Origin: Candidatus Saccharimonadota bacterium
GTDB taxonomy: Bacteria; Patescibacteriota; Saccharimonadia; UBA4664
DNA length: 64,000 nt
Reading direction: 5' to 3'
NCBI GenBank assembly: GCA_019352195.1
Contig: JACAFG010000002.1
Span: 19,120 to 83,119, forward strand
Of the stretch, positions 28,649-38,513 are shown piece by piece. The position numbers and the translations under genes were made by a program. Every line of letters begins with the position of its first letter. Within the stretch, counting starts at the first letter, position 1. The notes under the pieces are model-generated. The model was not told where the DNA came from. It saw nothing but the letters and a program-made list of their open reading frames with translations, and ran no database searches.

Positions 28649-30043
28649 ATGGAACGTGAACTAACTGAGAAATGTGCCGTGTTTGGTGCGCTCACGACGA
28701 GCCGCTATGCTACGCGTCTGAGGTATTATGGACTGTTTGCACTGCAGCATCGCGGTCAGGAGAGCTCAGGAATTGCGAGCTCAATTGAAGGCGGCTTGAA
28801 GCGCCACGCCGGGGAAGGCCTGGTAGCGCATGTGTACCGCGCCGAAGATTTGGACGATCTGAAAAGCAGTTTAGCGATTGGTCATAATAGATATGCGACT
28901 TCTGGCGGTAATCCTGGTGACCAAGTACAGCCAATTGTGGACTCTACCCTTGGATTTGCGTTTGCCCACAACGGAAATTTGCCAGAAACCGTGAAGCTGG
29001 AGAAGTTTCTATCGGAGCACGGTATTCGTCATGATGATGTTAGTGATTCGCGCATGATGGCGCTAGCCATTGGATGTTACATGAGTGAGGGTAATAGCCT
29101 AACGGCAGCGATAGAACTGGCATGGCCCTTATTTACCGGCGCTTTTTTATGTGTCGCCATGACTGAAGATACGATAGCTGGGTTTAGGGACGCTTACGGC
29201 ATCCGGCCCTTGTCGTTAGGTAAGCTTGATGATGGATACGCCATTGCTTCGGAGACGTGCGCCTTTGATACCGTAGGGGCGGCGTTCTTGCGCGATATTA
29301 AGCCCGGCGAGCTCGTGACAGTGACGGCGCAAGGGGTGAAGTATAAGCAAGTGGTAGTCTCGCCGCGGACGGCGCTCGACGTGTTTGAATATGTTTATTT
29401 TGCTCGTCCTGACAGCATGATCATGGGCCGGCGCGTAAACGAGGTTCGTCGCAAACTGGGCGAAAATTTGGCGCGTGAATTCAAAATTGAAGCTGATGTG
29501 GTGGTGCCGGTGCCCGATTCAGCGATTCCGGCGGCCCTTGGCTACGCGGCGGCGACGGGGATACGGTTTGACCATGGCTTCATCAAAAATCGGTATATTC
29601 ACCGGACGTTTATTAAGCCAACCCAGGAAATGCGTGAGTGTGATGTTAAAACCAAGCTCAATCCGGTGCCTGAGGCGGTGATGGGTAAGCGGGTGATTGT
29701 GATCGATGACTCAATTGTGCGCGGTACGACCACGGCGCAGATCGTCGATATGCTTTATGGCGCGGGTGCTACCCAGGTGCACGTGCTCGTGAGCTCGCCG
29801 CCAGTTAAGTTTCCCGATTTTTACGGTATTAATACACCCGATCCGCGCGAACTTATTGCCTCATATATGACTGAGGACGAAATCCGCGATCAAATGGGGG
29901 CAGGTTCACTCGGGTATTTGTCGATGGATGGAATGATTTCAGCCACCGGCTGGCCCAAAAATAAGCTCAATACCAGTAGTTTTGACGGTGAATATCCGAT
30001 TGATATTGGTGACCGGGCTCGGGTCATTTTACGCTCCCGCTAG
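28649..30043 (+). CDS. purF: amidophosphoribosyltransferase
   Basis: EKC propeptide junction, LQHRGQE, GHNRYAT, FEYVYFARPDS and IDDSIVRGTT motifs. Confidence 0.95.
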   Translation: MERELTEKCAVFGALTTSRYATRLRYYGLFALQHRGQESSGIASSIEGGLKRHAGEGLVAHVYRAEDLDDLKSSLAIGHNRYATSGGNPGDQVQPIVDSTLGFAFAHNGNLPETVKLEKFLSEHGIRHDDVSDSRMMALAIGCYMSEGNSLTAAIELAWPLFTGAFLCVAMTEDTIAGFRDAYGIRPLSLGKLDDGYAIASETCAFDTVGAAFLRDIKPGELVTVTAQGVKYKQVVVSPRTALDVFEYVYFARPDSMIMGRRVNEVRRKLGENLAREFKIEADVVVPVPDSAIPAALGYAAATGIRFDHGFIKNRYIHRTFIKPTQEMRECDVKTKLNPVPEAVMGKRVIVIDDSIVRGTTTAQIVDMLYGAGATQVHVLVSSPPVKFPDFYGINTPDPRELIASYMTEDEIRDQMGAGSLGYLSMDGMISATGWPKNKLNTSSFDGEYPIDIGDRARVILRSR

Positions 30044-30126
30044 TGATTTTCTTTACTAATTTCTAACAAGCTATCATTCTTTCTTACAGCCGGCTTAGCG
30101 CCGGATGACCTCGAGATAGGACTAGC

Positions 30127-30978
30127 ATGATCGTGACTGATATCTCGCCTGCTCGGTGGGCGACGCTGATTGACGTTCTTGGCATGACCACCGCGCCGGA
30201 TCGTACGCGATTGGTTCAGATGCTTGAAGGAGACAAGCCTTTGGGCGTCATTGGGGCCGGCTCGGATAGCGGCCAACTGCTCCTCGTCCTCATGTCGATG
30301 CGCAAATACCGCGAACTCGTGCGTACCGCTGATGTCGACATTCCGCTGTTTGTGCCGGTATCACTGAGCGATCTGGCTCCCGAGGCGTTATCGCGGCTAG
30401 AAACGTTTGGCATGGTCGATGCCGACGGTAACCCGCGGTGCGATATTTCCACCGTAGAACTGGCCGGCTGGTTTCGTAACCGGACGTACGCCCGAGCGCG
30501 TAAGGACAACGACAATCTGGTCTTGCCGGAGAATTGTCCGGATACGTGGGCGCCGGCATCAGGGGTGTCGCGTGCTCATGTCGCAATGGCGGGTGATGTC
30601 GGGATGTGCCGTCACTCAACTCGCGATGTCCGTGCCATTGGCAACGTGTATAAGTGGTTCGACCTCGACCTCGTGCCGGTCGGGGGTTCGGTGTGGCGAC
30701 TGAGCCATAACCGCACGCTATGGCACTTCACCCGCTGCTCCCACGGTTGGTCGGTGCTGTGTGTGCCACATGCCTATTGGCCGGAGCCGCCTAGCAAGTG
30801 CAGCAATATTGGATCGCGTTGGTCTCGGAAGAATGGCACAGGCCGTTCTTCCGAGACCAATTGTCGTAATAAAGGTATAATTAAGATCTATGGCACAAGC
30901 AAAAGAGCGACTAGTACTAGTAGATGGGTCGGCGGTGTTTTACCGCGGCTATTACGCGATTCCGCATTTATCAAATAA
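30127..30978 (+). CDS. hypothetical protein (3' end uncertain, runs into polA)
   Basis: Long ORF with AGGA RBS; overlap with polA suggests a 3' frameshift. Confidence 0.45.
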   Translation: MIVTDISPARWATLIDVLGMTTAPDRTRLVQMLEGDKPLGVIGAGSDSGQLLLVLMSMRKYRELVRTADVDIPLFVPVSLSDLAPEALSRLETFGMVDADGNPRCDISTVELAGWFRNRTYARARKDNDNLVLPENCPDTWAPASGVSRAHVAMAGDVGMCRHSTRDVRAIGNVYKWFDLDLVPVGGSVWRLSHNRTLWHFTRCSHGWSVLCVPHAYWPEPPSKCSNIGSRWSRKNGTGRSSETNCRNKGIIKIYGTSKRATSTSRWVGGVLPRLLRDSAFIK

Positions 30979-33670
30979 AGACGGTTTGGCTACCAACGCG
31001 GTTTATGGGTTTACCACGATCTTTCTTAAAATGCTGCAAGATCTCAAGCCAAAGTACGTGATTGTAACGTGGGATAAGAGCGCAAAAACGTTTCGAAAAG
31101 ACATGTATGAGGGCTACAAAGCCACGCGTAAGCCGATGCCAGATGATTTACGAGAGCAGATCCCGCTGCTTAAGGAACTGGTTGAGGGGCTTAAACTGCC
31201 CTTTGTGGAGCTGGAAAACTTTGAAGCCGATGACATCATCGGAACGCTCGCGTATGAGGCTGAGAAGCGGGGCGATCTGGAGACAATCATTGTAACTGGC
31301 GACCTCGATGAGCTACAGCTCGTTGATGAGAACACGGTGGTGCGGATTGCCAAAACAGCGAGCGAGGCCATGAGCTACGACATTGCGGCCGTGAAGGATC
31401 GTTATAAGGTGACGCCGAAGCAGTTTATTGACGTCAAAGCTCTCAAAGGAGATGCCAGTGACAATATTCCGGGTGTGCCTGGAATTGGTGAAAAGGGCGC
31501 AGTCGATTTAATCGTTAAATACGGCTCGCTGGATGAAGTTTATCAGCACGTTGATGAGCAATCGAAAGGAGTGGCAAAGAAGCTCGCCGATGGCAAAGAA
31601 TTAGCTTACTTGAGCCAAAAACTCTCGACGATTGTGCTTGACGCGCCGGTAAAGTTAGATCTAGCGGCCGCCGAGATTGGCCAGTATGACAATGAGCATG
31701 TGGCCAAACTGTTTCACCGACTCGATTTTCGTAGTTTGCTGCCAAAATTGCCGCCGCAACTTGATCCGGCAACCGTGGAAGCGGCAGTTCAAAATCCGGC
31801 TGAGGGACCGCTAACGCTGTTTGGCGGTGATGCCCCCGTTAAGAGTCGTAAACATCTGGAAACGGCTAAATATGAGGCAATTACGACGACTGAACGGCTC
31901 GATTGGCTGGTCAAGCAATTAACCAACCTAGAGGTGTTCGCGTTTGATAGTGAAACGACCGGCGTTGATACCGAGACAGCCGAGCTGGTTGGATTATCAT
32001 TCGCCTGGAAGGAGACTGAGGCGTATTACGTCCCGGTAGCCCACAACGCGGGCGTGCAGCTTGGTTGCGAAGAGGTGATTGCTGCCTTAAAACCCGTATT
32101 TGAGGACGACAAAATTGGCAAAGTTGGCCACAATATCAAATTTGATATTAAGATGGTGGCTAAATACGGTGTTGACGTTGTTAATGTGGCGTTTGACACG
32201 ATGGTGGCCGCCTTCTTGCTGAACTCGCTGGGCCGATCGCAGTCGTTGGATGGTCTGGCCTATGACGAATTTGGTATTGAGATGATTCCGATTAGCGAAA
32301 TGATTGGATCCGGTAAAACCCAGACGACCTTTGACGCGGTTCTCATTGAGGACGCGACGACATACGCGGCGGAGGATGCCGACATCACGTGGCGATTATA
32401 TGAGGTCTTGAGTAAGCGCCTGTATTCTAAGGAGGCTCCCAATGACTATGGCTGGACGCTTGAGCGCCTAGCGCGAGAGATTGAATGGCCGGTAATTACG
32501 GTACTAGCCGATATGGAAAGAGCGGGTATCGAGCTAGATAGTGCAATGCTTGAGCGTTTTGGAAAGCGTCTGCGTGAACGTCTCAATGAGCTCAAAACGC
32601 AGATTTATGATGCTGCGGGTGAAGAGTTTAACTTGGGATCGCCAGCCCAGATGGCGCAAATATTGTATGGCCGGCTGGGATTGTCGACGGTGGGGCTGAA
32701 AAAAGGCAAAACGGGCTTTTCAACCGCGGCGGGCGAACTCGAAAAGCTTCGGGACGCCCACCCGATCGTGAATCTGATAATGGAAAACCGTGAGCTCGAT
32801 AAGTTGATGAGTACCTATGTGGAGGCGCTACCAGGTTTGGTGGCGGCCGATGGACGGATTCATACCAGCTTTAATCAGACTATCGCTCAAACGGGACGGC
32901 TCAGCTCAACGAACCCCAATTTGCAAAACATTCCGGTACGCACTCAACTTGGCCGAGAAATTCGCCAGGCGTTTGTGGCGCCGAAAGGCCGCGTGCTGGT
33001 GAGCGCCGATTACTCCCAGATTGAGCTCCGCGTAGCGGCGGCGCTGGCCAAAGATGAAGCTATGATCAAAACTTTTACCGATGGTATCGATTTGCACGCA
33101 CAAACGGCAGCCGAACTGTACCAGGTAGATTTGGAAGACGTCACCAAGGAGCAGCGATCAGCCAGTAAGACTATAAACTTTGGCGTGCTTTACGGTATGA
33201 GCGCGCATGGGCTGAGTGTAGCCACGGGGATGGACCGGGATCAGGCGCAGGCGTTCATTGATCGTTACTTTGAGGTACGGCCTAAGCTGGCGGCTTACAT
33301 TGAGGCTACCAAAAAATTTGCTTACGACAATCAATACACGGCAACAGTCTTTGGCCGTCGGCGGCCGTGTCCTGAAATTCGCAGCAGTGTGTATATGCTC
33401 AGGCAAGGCGCTGAACGTATGGCCGTAAACGTGCCTATCCAAGGTACGGCGGCTGATATCTATAAGCTAGCAATGATTCACTTAGCCGCCAAATTGGAAC
33501 CAGCCGATAAACTATTGCTGCAAATTCATGACGAACTGATTGTGGAGACCGATGAAGCGCGGGCCAATGATGTGGCCGAGCTCATGCGTATGGTGATGGA
33601 AAATGCGATTGATATTGGTGTGCCACTAGCGGTAGATACGGCAATTGGGACCAACTGGGGCGAGCTTTGA
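30890..33670 (+). CDS. polA: DNA polymerase I
   Basis: 5'-3' exonuclease (EADD, GDASDNIPG), 3'-5' exonuclease (FDSET), ADYSQIELR and QIHDEL motifs. Confidence 0.98.
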   Translation: MAQAKERLVLVDGSAVFYRGYYAIPHLSNKDGLATNAVYGFTTIFLKMLQDLKPKYVIVTWDKSAKTFRKDMYEGYKATRKPMPDDLREQIPLLKELVEGLKLPFVELENFEADDIIGTLAYEAEKRGDLETIIVTGDLDELQLVDENTVVRIAKTASEAMSYDIAAVKDRYKVTPKQFIDVKALKGDASDNIPGVPGIGEKGAVDLIVKYGSLDEVYQHVDEQSKGVAKKLADGKELAYLSQKLSTIVLDAPVKLDLAAAEIGQYDNEHVAKLFHRLDFRSLLPKLPPQLDPATVEAAVQNPAEGPLTLFGGDAPVKSRKHLETAKYEAITTTERLDWLVKQLTNLEVFAFDSETTGVDTETAELVGLSFAWKETEAYYVPVAHNAGVQLGCEEVIAALKPVFEDDKIGKVGHNIKFDIKMVAKYGVDVVNVAFDTMVAAFLLNSLGRSQSLDGLAYDEFGIEMIPISEMIGSGKTQTTFDAVLIEDATTYAAEDADITWRLYEVLSKRLYSKEAPNDYGWTLERLAREIEWPVITVLADMERAGIELDSAMLERFGKRLRERLNELKTQIYDAAGEEFNLGSPAQMAQILYGRLGLSTVGLKKGKTGFSTAAGELEKLRDAHPIVNLIMENRELDKLMSTYVEALPGLVAADGRIHTSFNQTIAQTGRLSSTNPNLQNIPVRTQLGREIRQAFVAPKGRVLVSADYSQIELRVAAALAKDEAMIKTFTDGIDLHAQTAAELYQVDLEDVTKEQRSASKTINFGVLYGMSAHGLSVATGMDRDQAQAFIDRYFEVRPKLAAYIEATKKFAYDNQYTATVFGRRRPCPEIRSSVYMLRQGAERMAVNVPIQGTAADIYKLAMIHLAAKLEPADKLLLQIHDELIVETDEARANDVAELMRMVMENAIDIGVPLAVDTAIGTNWGEL

Positions 33671-34203
33671 TCGGCGTAGCGTTGGCCGATGGCGACTTGA
33701 AGCTGGTTGCTCCAAATGTTGAACGCGATGCGCTGCTGGGTGTGGGCTGGGTGAATGGCGAAGTAGGGCACGAAACCATGCGGCTCATGGGGAATAACCC
33801 AAAATCGATTACGGATACAACGCTCAAACAGCAGCAAAAACTGATCCAAAGCTTTATTGATGATCAACATGCGATTTATTGGATGCTTGAGTTAAATCAG
33901 AGGGTTGTCGGCGCAATTTGGATTCAACTAAACGATGAAGAGTATTTGCCTGGTCCGTCTGTTTCGATAATGATTGGCGATGTAATTGCGCGCGGACACG
34001 GTATTGGCAAACGCGCGATGATATTGGTACTTGGCTGGGCACGTCTGCACGTGACTAATCTAAAGCAGCCATTACGGGTTAGGGCACTGGCTGACAATGC
34101 CGCCAGTAATGCTTTGATTAAGAGTTTTAGTGCATTGCTCGATGGCAAACAGTATACCGATAGTGATGGTTTGGTTTGGCAGAATTATCAACTCAAGGGC
34201 TAA
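33667..34203 (+). CDS. GNAT (RimJ-like) acetyltransferase
   Basis: IMIGD..ARGHGIG and NAASNAL motifs. Confidence 0.75.
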   Translation: MIGVALADGDLKLVAPNVERDALLGVGWVNGEVGHETMRLMGNNPKSITDTTLKQQQKLIQSFIDDQHAIYWMLELNQRVVGAIWIQLNDEEYLPGPSVSIMIGDVIARGHGIGKRAMILVLGWARLHVTNLKQPLRVRALADNAASNALIKSFSALLDGKQYTDSDGLVWQNYQLKG

Positions 34204-35126
34204 TTGAGGGGCTTTTCGGATCGAATCATAATCGTGAGGCCGGTGTAGGTATTGGAAGCGAGGCCTGCGATTGTCGTTGATTCTTGCGCGGGTAGCAGCT
34301 CGACTGAGATGGTAGTTGGGCCTTTGTAAAAGCTAAATCCGGAAATGTACGCTGGCTTATATTGGGCGTTGGTAATGCCTTCGTAGGGCGAAGCGTTGGC
34401 GGAGTTGTAGCCCAGTGGTGCCAACTGGCTACTGATATCTGAATAAACGGCGGTAGCAGAAACTGATGGGCACGAATAGGTGATTTCGCGCCAATATGCC
34501 ACCGTATCAACGCCTTCGGAGTTATCGGTTTGGCTAGTAACCGTGCAATTCGCTGGTGCGTGCAAACTGGCAGCGGCAGCGAGCACCTTGGCTTTATAAG
34601 GTGCAATCGACTTGGTAACTCCTGATGAAAACGAGCCGAGAACGAAAATAGCTAATAGCGCGCTCAATATTCCAGCCGCACCGATGAGGGCAATGATGAT
34701 AAGGCCAATGGATTTCAGCTTGCTCTTGGGCTGTTCGATCGGTTTTTGAGGCATAGCTGACGGACTAGTCGGCTGGTCTGGCTGCTCGGCTGGCCGCGGG
34801 GCTGGTGCAGGCTCAATGGTAACGGCTTGGGTGGGTGGCATTGCCTCCGGCTGTTGAGCGCGGACAACGGGAGTGGCTTGGTCTGTTTGAGGCGCAGCTG
34901 CCAATGGATTGACGGATATTGGTGTTGCTACCTGTTCGTGCTCGGCGACGGGCGCAGGATTGGTTTGCGAATCTCTCGGCGCTACTTCAGTTGTGGAGGT
35001 CGGAATGGGTTCGGGCGCACGGTGGACCGAGCTTGAGGCTCCAGGAGTTAGGGGATACGACGCATGCTGCGGCGTGATCATTGGAACTGGATTACCGGAT
35101 TCATCGAAGTCATCTACTCGTGGCAT
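34200..35126 (-). CDS. single-pass membrane protein with Pro-rich N-terminus, paralog B
   Basis: P/Q/T-rich region, TM helix, extracellular domain with C...YSC. Confidence 0.65.
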   Translation of the reverse strand: MPRVDDFDESGNPVPMITPQHASYPLTPGASSSVHRAPEPIPTSTTEVAPRDSQTNPAPVAEHEQVATPISVNPLAAAPQTDQATPVVRAQQPEAMPPTQAVTIEPAPAPRPAEQPDQPTSPSAMPQKPIEQPKSKLKSIGLIIIALIGAAGILSALLAIFVLGSFSSGVTKSIAPYKAKVLAAAASLHAPANCTVTSQTDNSEGVDTVAYWREITYSCPSVSATAVYSDISSQLAPLGYNSANASPYEGITNAQYKPAYISGFSFYKGPTTISVELLPAQESTTIAGLASNTYTGLTIMIRSEKPLN

Positions 35127-35136
35127 GGTTTTCTCG

Positions 35137-35799
35137 CTAGTTTACCGATACGGTTAGTCTGTAATGAGTAAAGCGGCGGGCTTGGGCCGTTGCCTTATCG
35201 GGTGCGTAATACGTTTTTCCGGGGGCGTCTTCGAGCAAGTACGTTAAATTGGTGAAAGAATGGTCCCGATAGTCAATTTGGTTCATATAGCCTTCGGCCC
35301 CAGAATTAAGGGTTACGCTCGTAGGCTGAGGGGCAGATTCTTGAGCGGCTTGGTACGGGGTTGGGACAAGTGAGGTGGCGATGGCAGCGAGGTAATTATC
35401 GGCTGTGGCGGGCGAACAGGTGTACTCGATAACCGACATTGCTTCAACGGTATCGATGCTGGCACTGCGCGAATTAAGCTGTGAGTCTTGCGTACAGCCC
35501 GGGAGGGTTTGAATGCCGGCGACGGCTGCTTTGAGGGCGTTGGCGTTTTTTAGGCTTGAGGCTTGAACACCAATGATAAGCGCTGCCGAAATACCTGCGA
35601 TGACTACGACTGGTAGGCCAATGAGGCACAATACAATGATAAACGGGGTACTCAGACCTCGTTTTTTGGATGTTTTAGCCCCAGGGGACGCATATTGAGG
35701 TGACACGGGTGGGGTAGTTGATGCTCCTATTGAGGCCGAAGCTGGAGATGTTACAGGTAGCGGCTTTCCGCTCGCATCGAGCACATCAGCGCGTGGCAT
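35137..35799 (-). CDS. single-pass membrane protein, paralog A
   Basis: MPRADVLDASGKPLP start parallels the neighbour's MPRVDDFDESGNPVP; C...IDTV...YTCSP. Confidence 0.65.
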   Translation of the reverse strand: MPRADVLDASGKPLPVTSPASASIGASTTPPVSPQYASPGAKTSKKRGLSTPFIIVLCLIGLPVVVIAGISAALIIGVQASSLKNANALKAAVAGIQTLPGCTQDSQLNSRSASIDTVEAMSVIEYTCSPATADNYLAAIATSLVPTPYQAAQESAPQPTSVTLNSGAEGYMNQIDYRDHSFTNLTYLLEDAPGKTYYAPDKATAQARRFTHYRLTVSVN

Positions 35800-35800
35800 G

Positions 35801-36145
35801 TTAGCCGGCGCAAACTGTCGAGCGGATAAACATGTAGGCGAGCAGTCCTTGGCCAATCAGTAGGGCAAAGATAGCCAAGTTGTAGGCGGAAATACCGACG
35901 TCCCAGCCTTTGCGTAAGCGTAACGCGCCGAGTAAGAACACCAGATACGCGGCCGCCGCGATGCCGAGCTCGAGCATGGCTACTTGGAGGCTGTCAGTTG
36001 CCTTAAGCGGCGGCAGGCCGCAAGGACGGTAGCCACTGACGGTGAGGCCGCCTTGCATGAGGGCTAAAAAGGCCACGAGTCCAGCGCTTGCAACCGTAAG
36101 AAAACGGTTAAAGGGAACCGGAGCTAAATTTCTAGTACGTGCCAT
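35801..36145 (-). CDS. small membrane protein
   Basis: Three hydrophobic segments; abuts the next gene. Confidence 0.55.
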   Translation of the reverse strand: MARTRNLAPVPFNRFLTVASAGLVAFLALMQGGLTVSGYRPCGLPPLKATDSLQVAMLELGIAAAAYLVFLLGALRLRKGWDVGISAYNLAIFALLIGQGLLAYMFIRSTVCAG

Positions 36146-36187
36146 AATATCTTGATTATACCAGCAAAATGCTTAGGCGAAAGAGGG

Positions 36188-36484
36188 TTATTCGCTGATT
36201 TCGACGCCGCGCCAGAAAGCCACGTAGCCAGCAAAATCTTGGCCAACTTTTTCGGCTGCGCCTTCTTTGGGGTGTTCGTAGGAAAAAGCGGCGTCTTTGA
36301 GCTCCTGCCCTTCGACCATCAGGGAGTAGTAGGTACAGACACCTTTCCAGGGGCAGGTGTAGGGCGTGTCGGACGGTACAAAAAACTCGCGGTGAACACT
36401 TGCCGGCGGAAAGTACTCGTTGCCTTCGATAGTGATAGTCTCGGGTGCTTCGGCAATTACTTCGCCGTTCCATACTGCTTTCAT
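36188..36484 (-). CDS. DUF427 domain protein
   Basis: MKAVWNG.VIAE, EGN.YFP, CPWKG and YVAFWRGV motifs. Confidence 0.9.
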   Translation of the reverse strand: MKAVWNGEVIAEAPETITIEGNEYFPPASVHREFFVPSDTPYTCPWKGVCTYYSLMVEGQELKDAAFSYEHPKEGAAEKVGQDFAGYVAFWRGVEISE

Positions 36485-36530
36485 GATATGCCTTTTTAGT
36501 TGGTTCTATCTTACCTGAGAACAGATAATA

Positions 36531-36564
36531 ATTCAGCCCGAGCAACGAATTGCTCGGGCTGAAT
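36531..36564. terminator. hairpin terminator
   Basis: ATTCAGCCCGAGCAA-CGAA-TTGCTCGGGCTGAAT. Confidence 0.7.
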
Positions 36565-36578
36565 GGACTGCGGACTGA

Positions 36579-37496
36579 CTAGAGCTGGTGGCGGTGGACT
36601 GCACGTGTCCAGAGTTCCTGGAGGTGCTGGTACGCATCCCAGGTGGGATTTATACCATATCTTACCGCCACAACGCCCCGCGGAAGACTAGGATCTAAGG
36701 CGGCGACTTGCGCGAACCACTGCTGAACTTGGCTAACGGACATCGGTTCGTGAATCGACAATACGGGTCGTCTGCTAACCGCGTGCCGGGCTATAACCTC
36801 GGCATCCATTTGTACGACCCGTCGGGCGGCCAGCGCCTGACCCATCTCCGAGAGCGGTCGATGTTTCGCCGCCCTTTTGTGCCGCTTGGTGCTACGGGAG
36901 TAGTGCATCCGAGCCGATCTTGGAGACCGGTGATGAGTGTCATTGGTCTCTTGCTGGCCAGTCATGATGAGACGGACCATGAAGTCGTAGATGGCCGTGA
37001 CGAGTATGAGGAGCATTGATCTCATCGCGTCCGACCGGTCAAGCCACATGTTTGATGCACGGGCCATGGCCGAATTGTCTTCATCCACGCGCGCGTGGCG
37101 TCCAGGTGCGGGCGGCCAAACGAGATGCTCGGGTTGGGGCAGACCTGGGAACGGACCGTCGAAGTAGTTGTGCTCGACGATAGCCGTCCGGATCAGCCTA
37201 GCCCGTCTCATCTGGCGGGGACTCGGCACATGGTCGAAGATTTGCCCTGCTCGGAAGATGGTGGTCCTGAAGATCACCCAACCTAGTGCTATCAGATCCA
37301 TGATGATGAAGATGGGGCTGAACCGGAACAGCGGAATAGCCTCGCCAACACCGCCAAAGATGTAGAATCCGGACAGAACTACGACCAGAATGGCGAAATT
37401 GCGCCGGGCTTCGTGGTAGTGGGTCAAGATGCTCTTGGCCCACAAGGCAGGGTAGTCGGCTTCGGTCGGGAGTTCATCCCGGTAGGAGATTTTCAT
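36579..37496 (-). CDS. hypothetical membrane protein
   Basis: About 305-aa ORF, AAAGGA RBS, hydrophobic segments. Confidence 0.55.
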   Translation of the reverse strand: MKISYRDELPTEADYPALWAKSILTHYHEARRNFAILVVVLSGFYIFGGVGEAIPLFRFSPIFIIMDLIALGWVIFRTTIFRAGQIFDHVPSPRQMRRARLIRTAIVEHNYFDGPFPGLPQPEHLVWPPAPGRHARVDEDNSAMARASNMWLDRSDAMRSMLLILVTAIYDFMVRLIMTGQQETNDTHHRSPRSARMHYSRSTKRHKRAAKHRPLSEMGQALAARRVVQMDAEVIARHAVSRRPVLSIHEPMSVSQVQQWFAQVAALDPSLPRGVVAVRYGINPTWDAYQHLQELWTRAVHRHQL

Positions 37497-37628
37497 ATTG
37501 GTCCTTTGGTCGCAGGTAGGTGCAGGAGAGCAGTAAAGCATTTATATCATGTATTGAGTAATAATACAATGTCTGGCTGCCGAACATGTCCTGTTTGAGC
37601 TATAATTACCAGATAGAAGGATGGCGTT

Positions 37629-38513
37629 ATGCCTGAAGGACCGGAGGTAGAAACAATTCGGCGTGGACTCGAGCTGGGGATTGTTGGGGAAACAATCGCC
37701 GGAGTTGAGGTGCTGTGGCAAAAAAGCTTTGATGTACCAATAGTGTTTACCGAGCAGTATGTGGTGGGCGCCCAGGTTACGCATTTGGCGCGTCGTGCCA
37801 AAGTGCTGATGATTGAGCTATCGAGTGGCTATACCATGCTGGTTCATCTTAAAATGACGGGGCAAATGGTGCTGGTCAAACGTGACGGCGAGCGGTTTGC
37901 CGGCGGTCACCCTAGTGAGAGTACGCGTTCGGAATTACCCGACCGATCAAGCAAAGTGGTGTTTGACTTTGCCTCGGGTGACAAGCTGTTTTTTAATGAC
38001 TTTCGCAAATTTGGCTGGATCAAGCTCGTTCTTACTAGCGAAGTTGAATTGGACCCGTTGGTGGCGCGGCTGGGGCCTGAGGCGCTGAGCCCAGAGTTTA
38101 CGCCCGAATATTTTCAATCTCAACTTGATCGTCATAAGCGGGCGCCAATAAAACCCGTGATTTTGGATCAGAGTACGGTGGGCGGAATTGGCAATATTTA
38201 TGCTGATGAAAGTTTGCATTTAGCCCGAATTCACCCTCAAAGACTCGCGGGTAGCCTCACTAAGACCGAATCAAGTCGGCTGCATGCTGCCATCCGCGAA
38301 ATTATTGCTTTAGGTATAGAGCACGGGGGCACGAGCTTTTCGCGCTATGTAAACGCTTTGGGCGGCAAGGGCGATTATTTGGAGCATGCCAGAGTTTTTC
38401 GGCGTGACGGCGAGACATGCCCGGTGCATCCAGAAATCGAGATCATTAAGTTTAAAGTTGCCGGTCGGGGGACTCACATCTGCCCGAAATGTCAGAAGCT
38501 GACGGCGATATGA
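37629..38513 (+). CDS. mutM: formamidopyrimidine-DNA glycosylase
   Basis: MPEGPEVE, HLKMTG, GIGNIYADE and C-terminal zinc finger. Confidence 0.96.
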   Translation: MPEGPEVETIRRGLELGIVGETIAGVEVLWQKSFDVPIVFTEQYVVGAQVTHLARRAKVLMIELSSGYTMLVHLKMTGQMVLVKRDGERFAGGHPSESTRSELPDRSSKVVFDFASGDKLFFNDFRKFGWIKLVLTSEVELDPLVARLGPEALSPEFTPEYFQSQLDRHKRAPIKPVILDQSTVGGIGNIYADESLHLARIHPQRLAGSLTKTESSRLHAAIREIIALGIEHGGTSFSRYVNALGGKGDYLEHARVFRRDGETCPVHPEIEIIKFKVAGRGTHICPKCQKLTAI

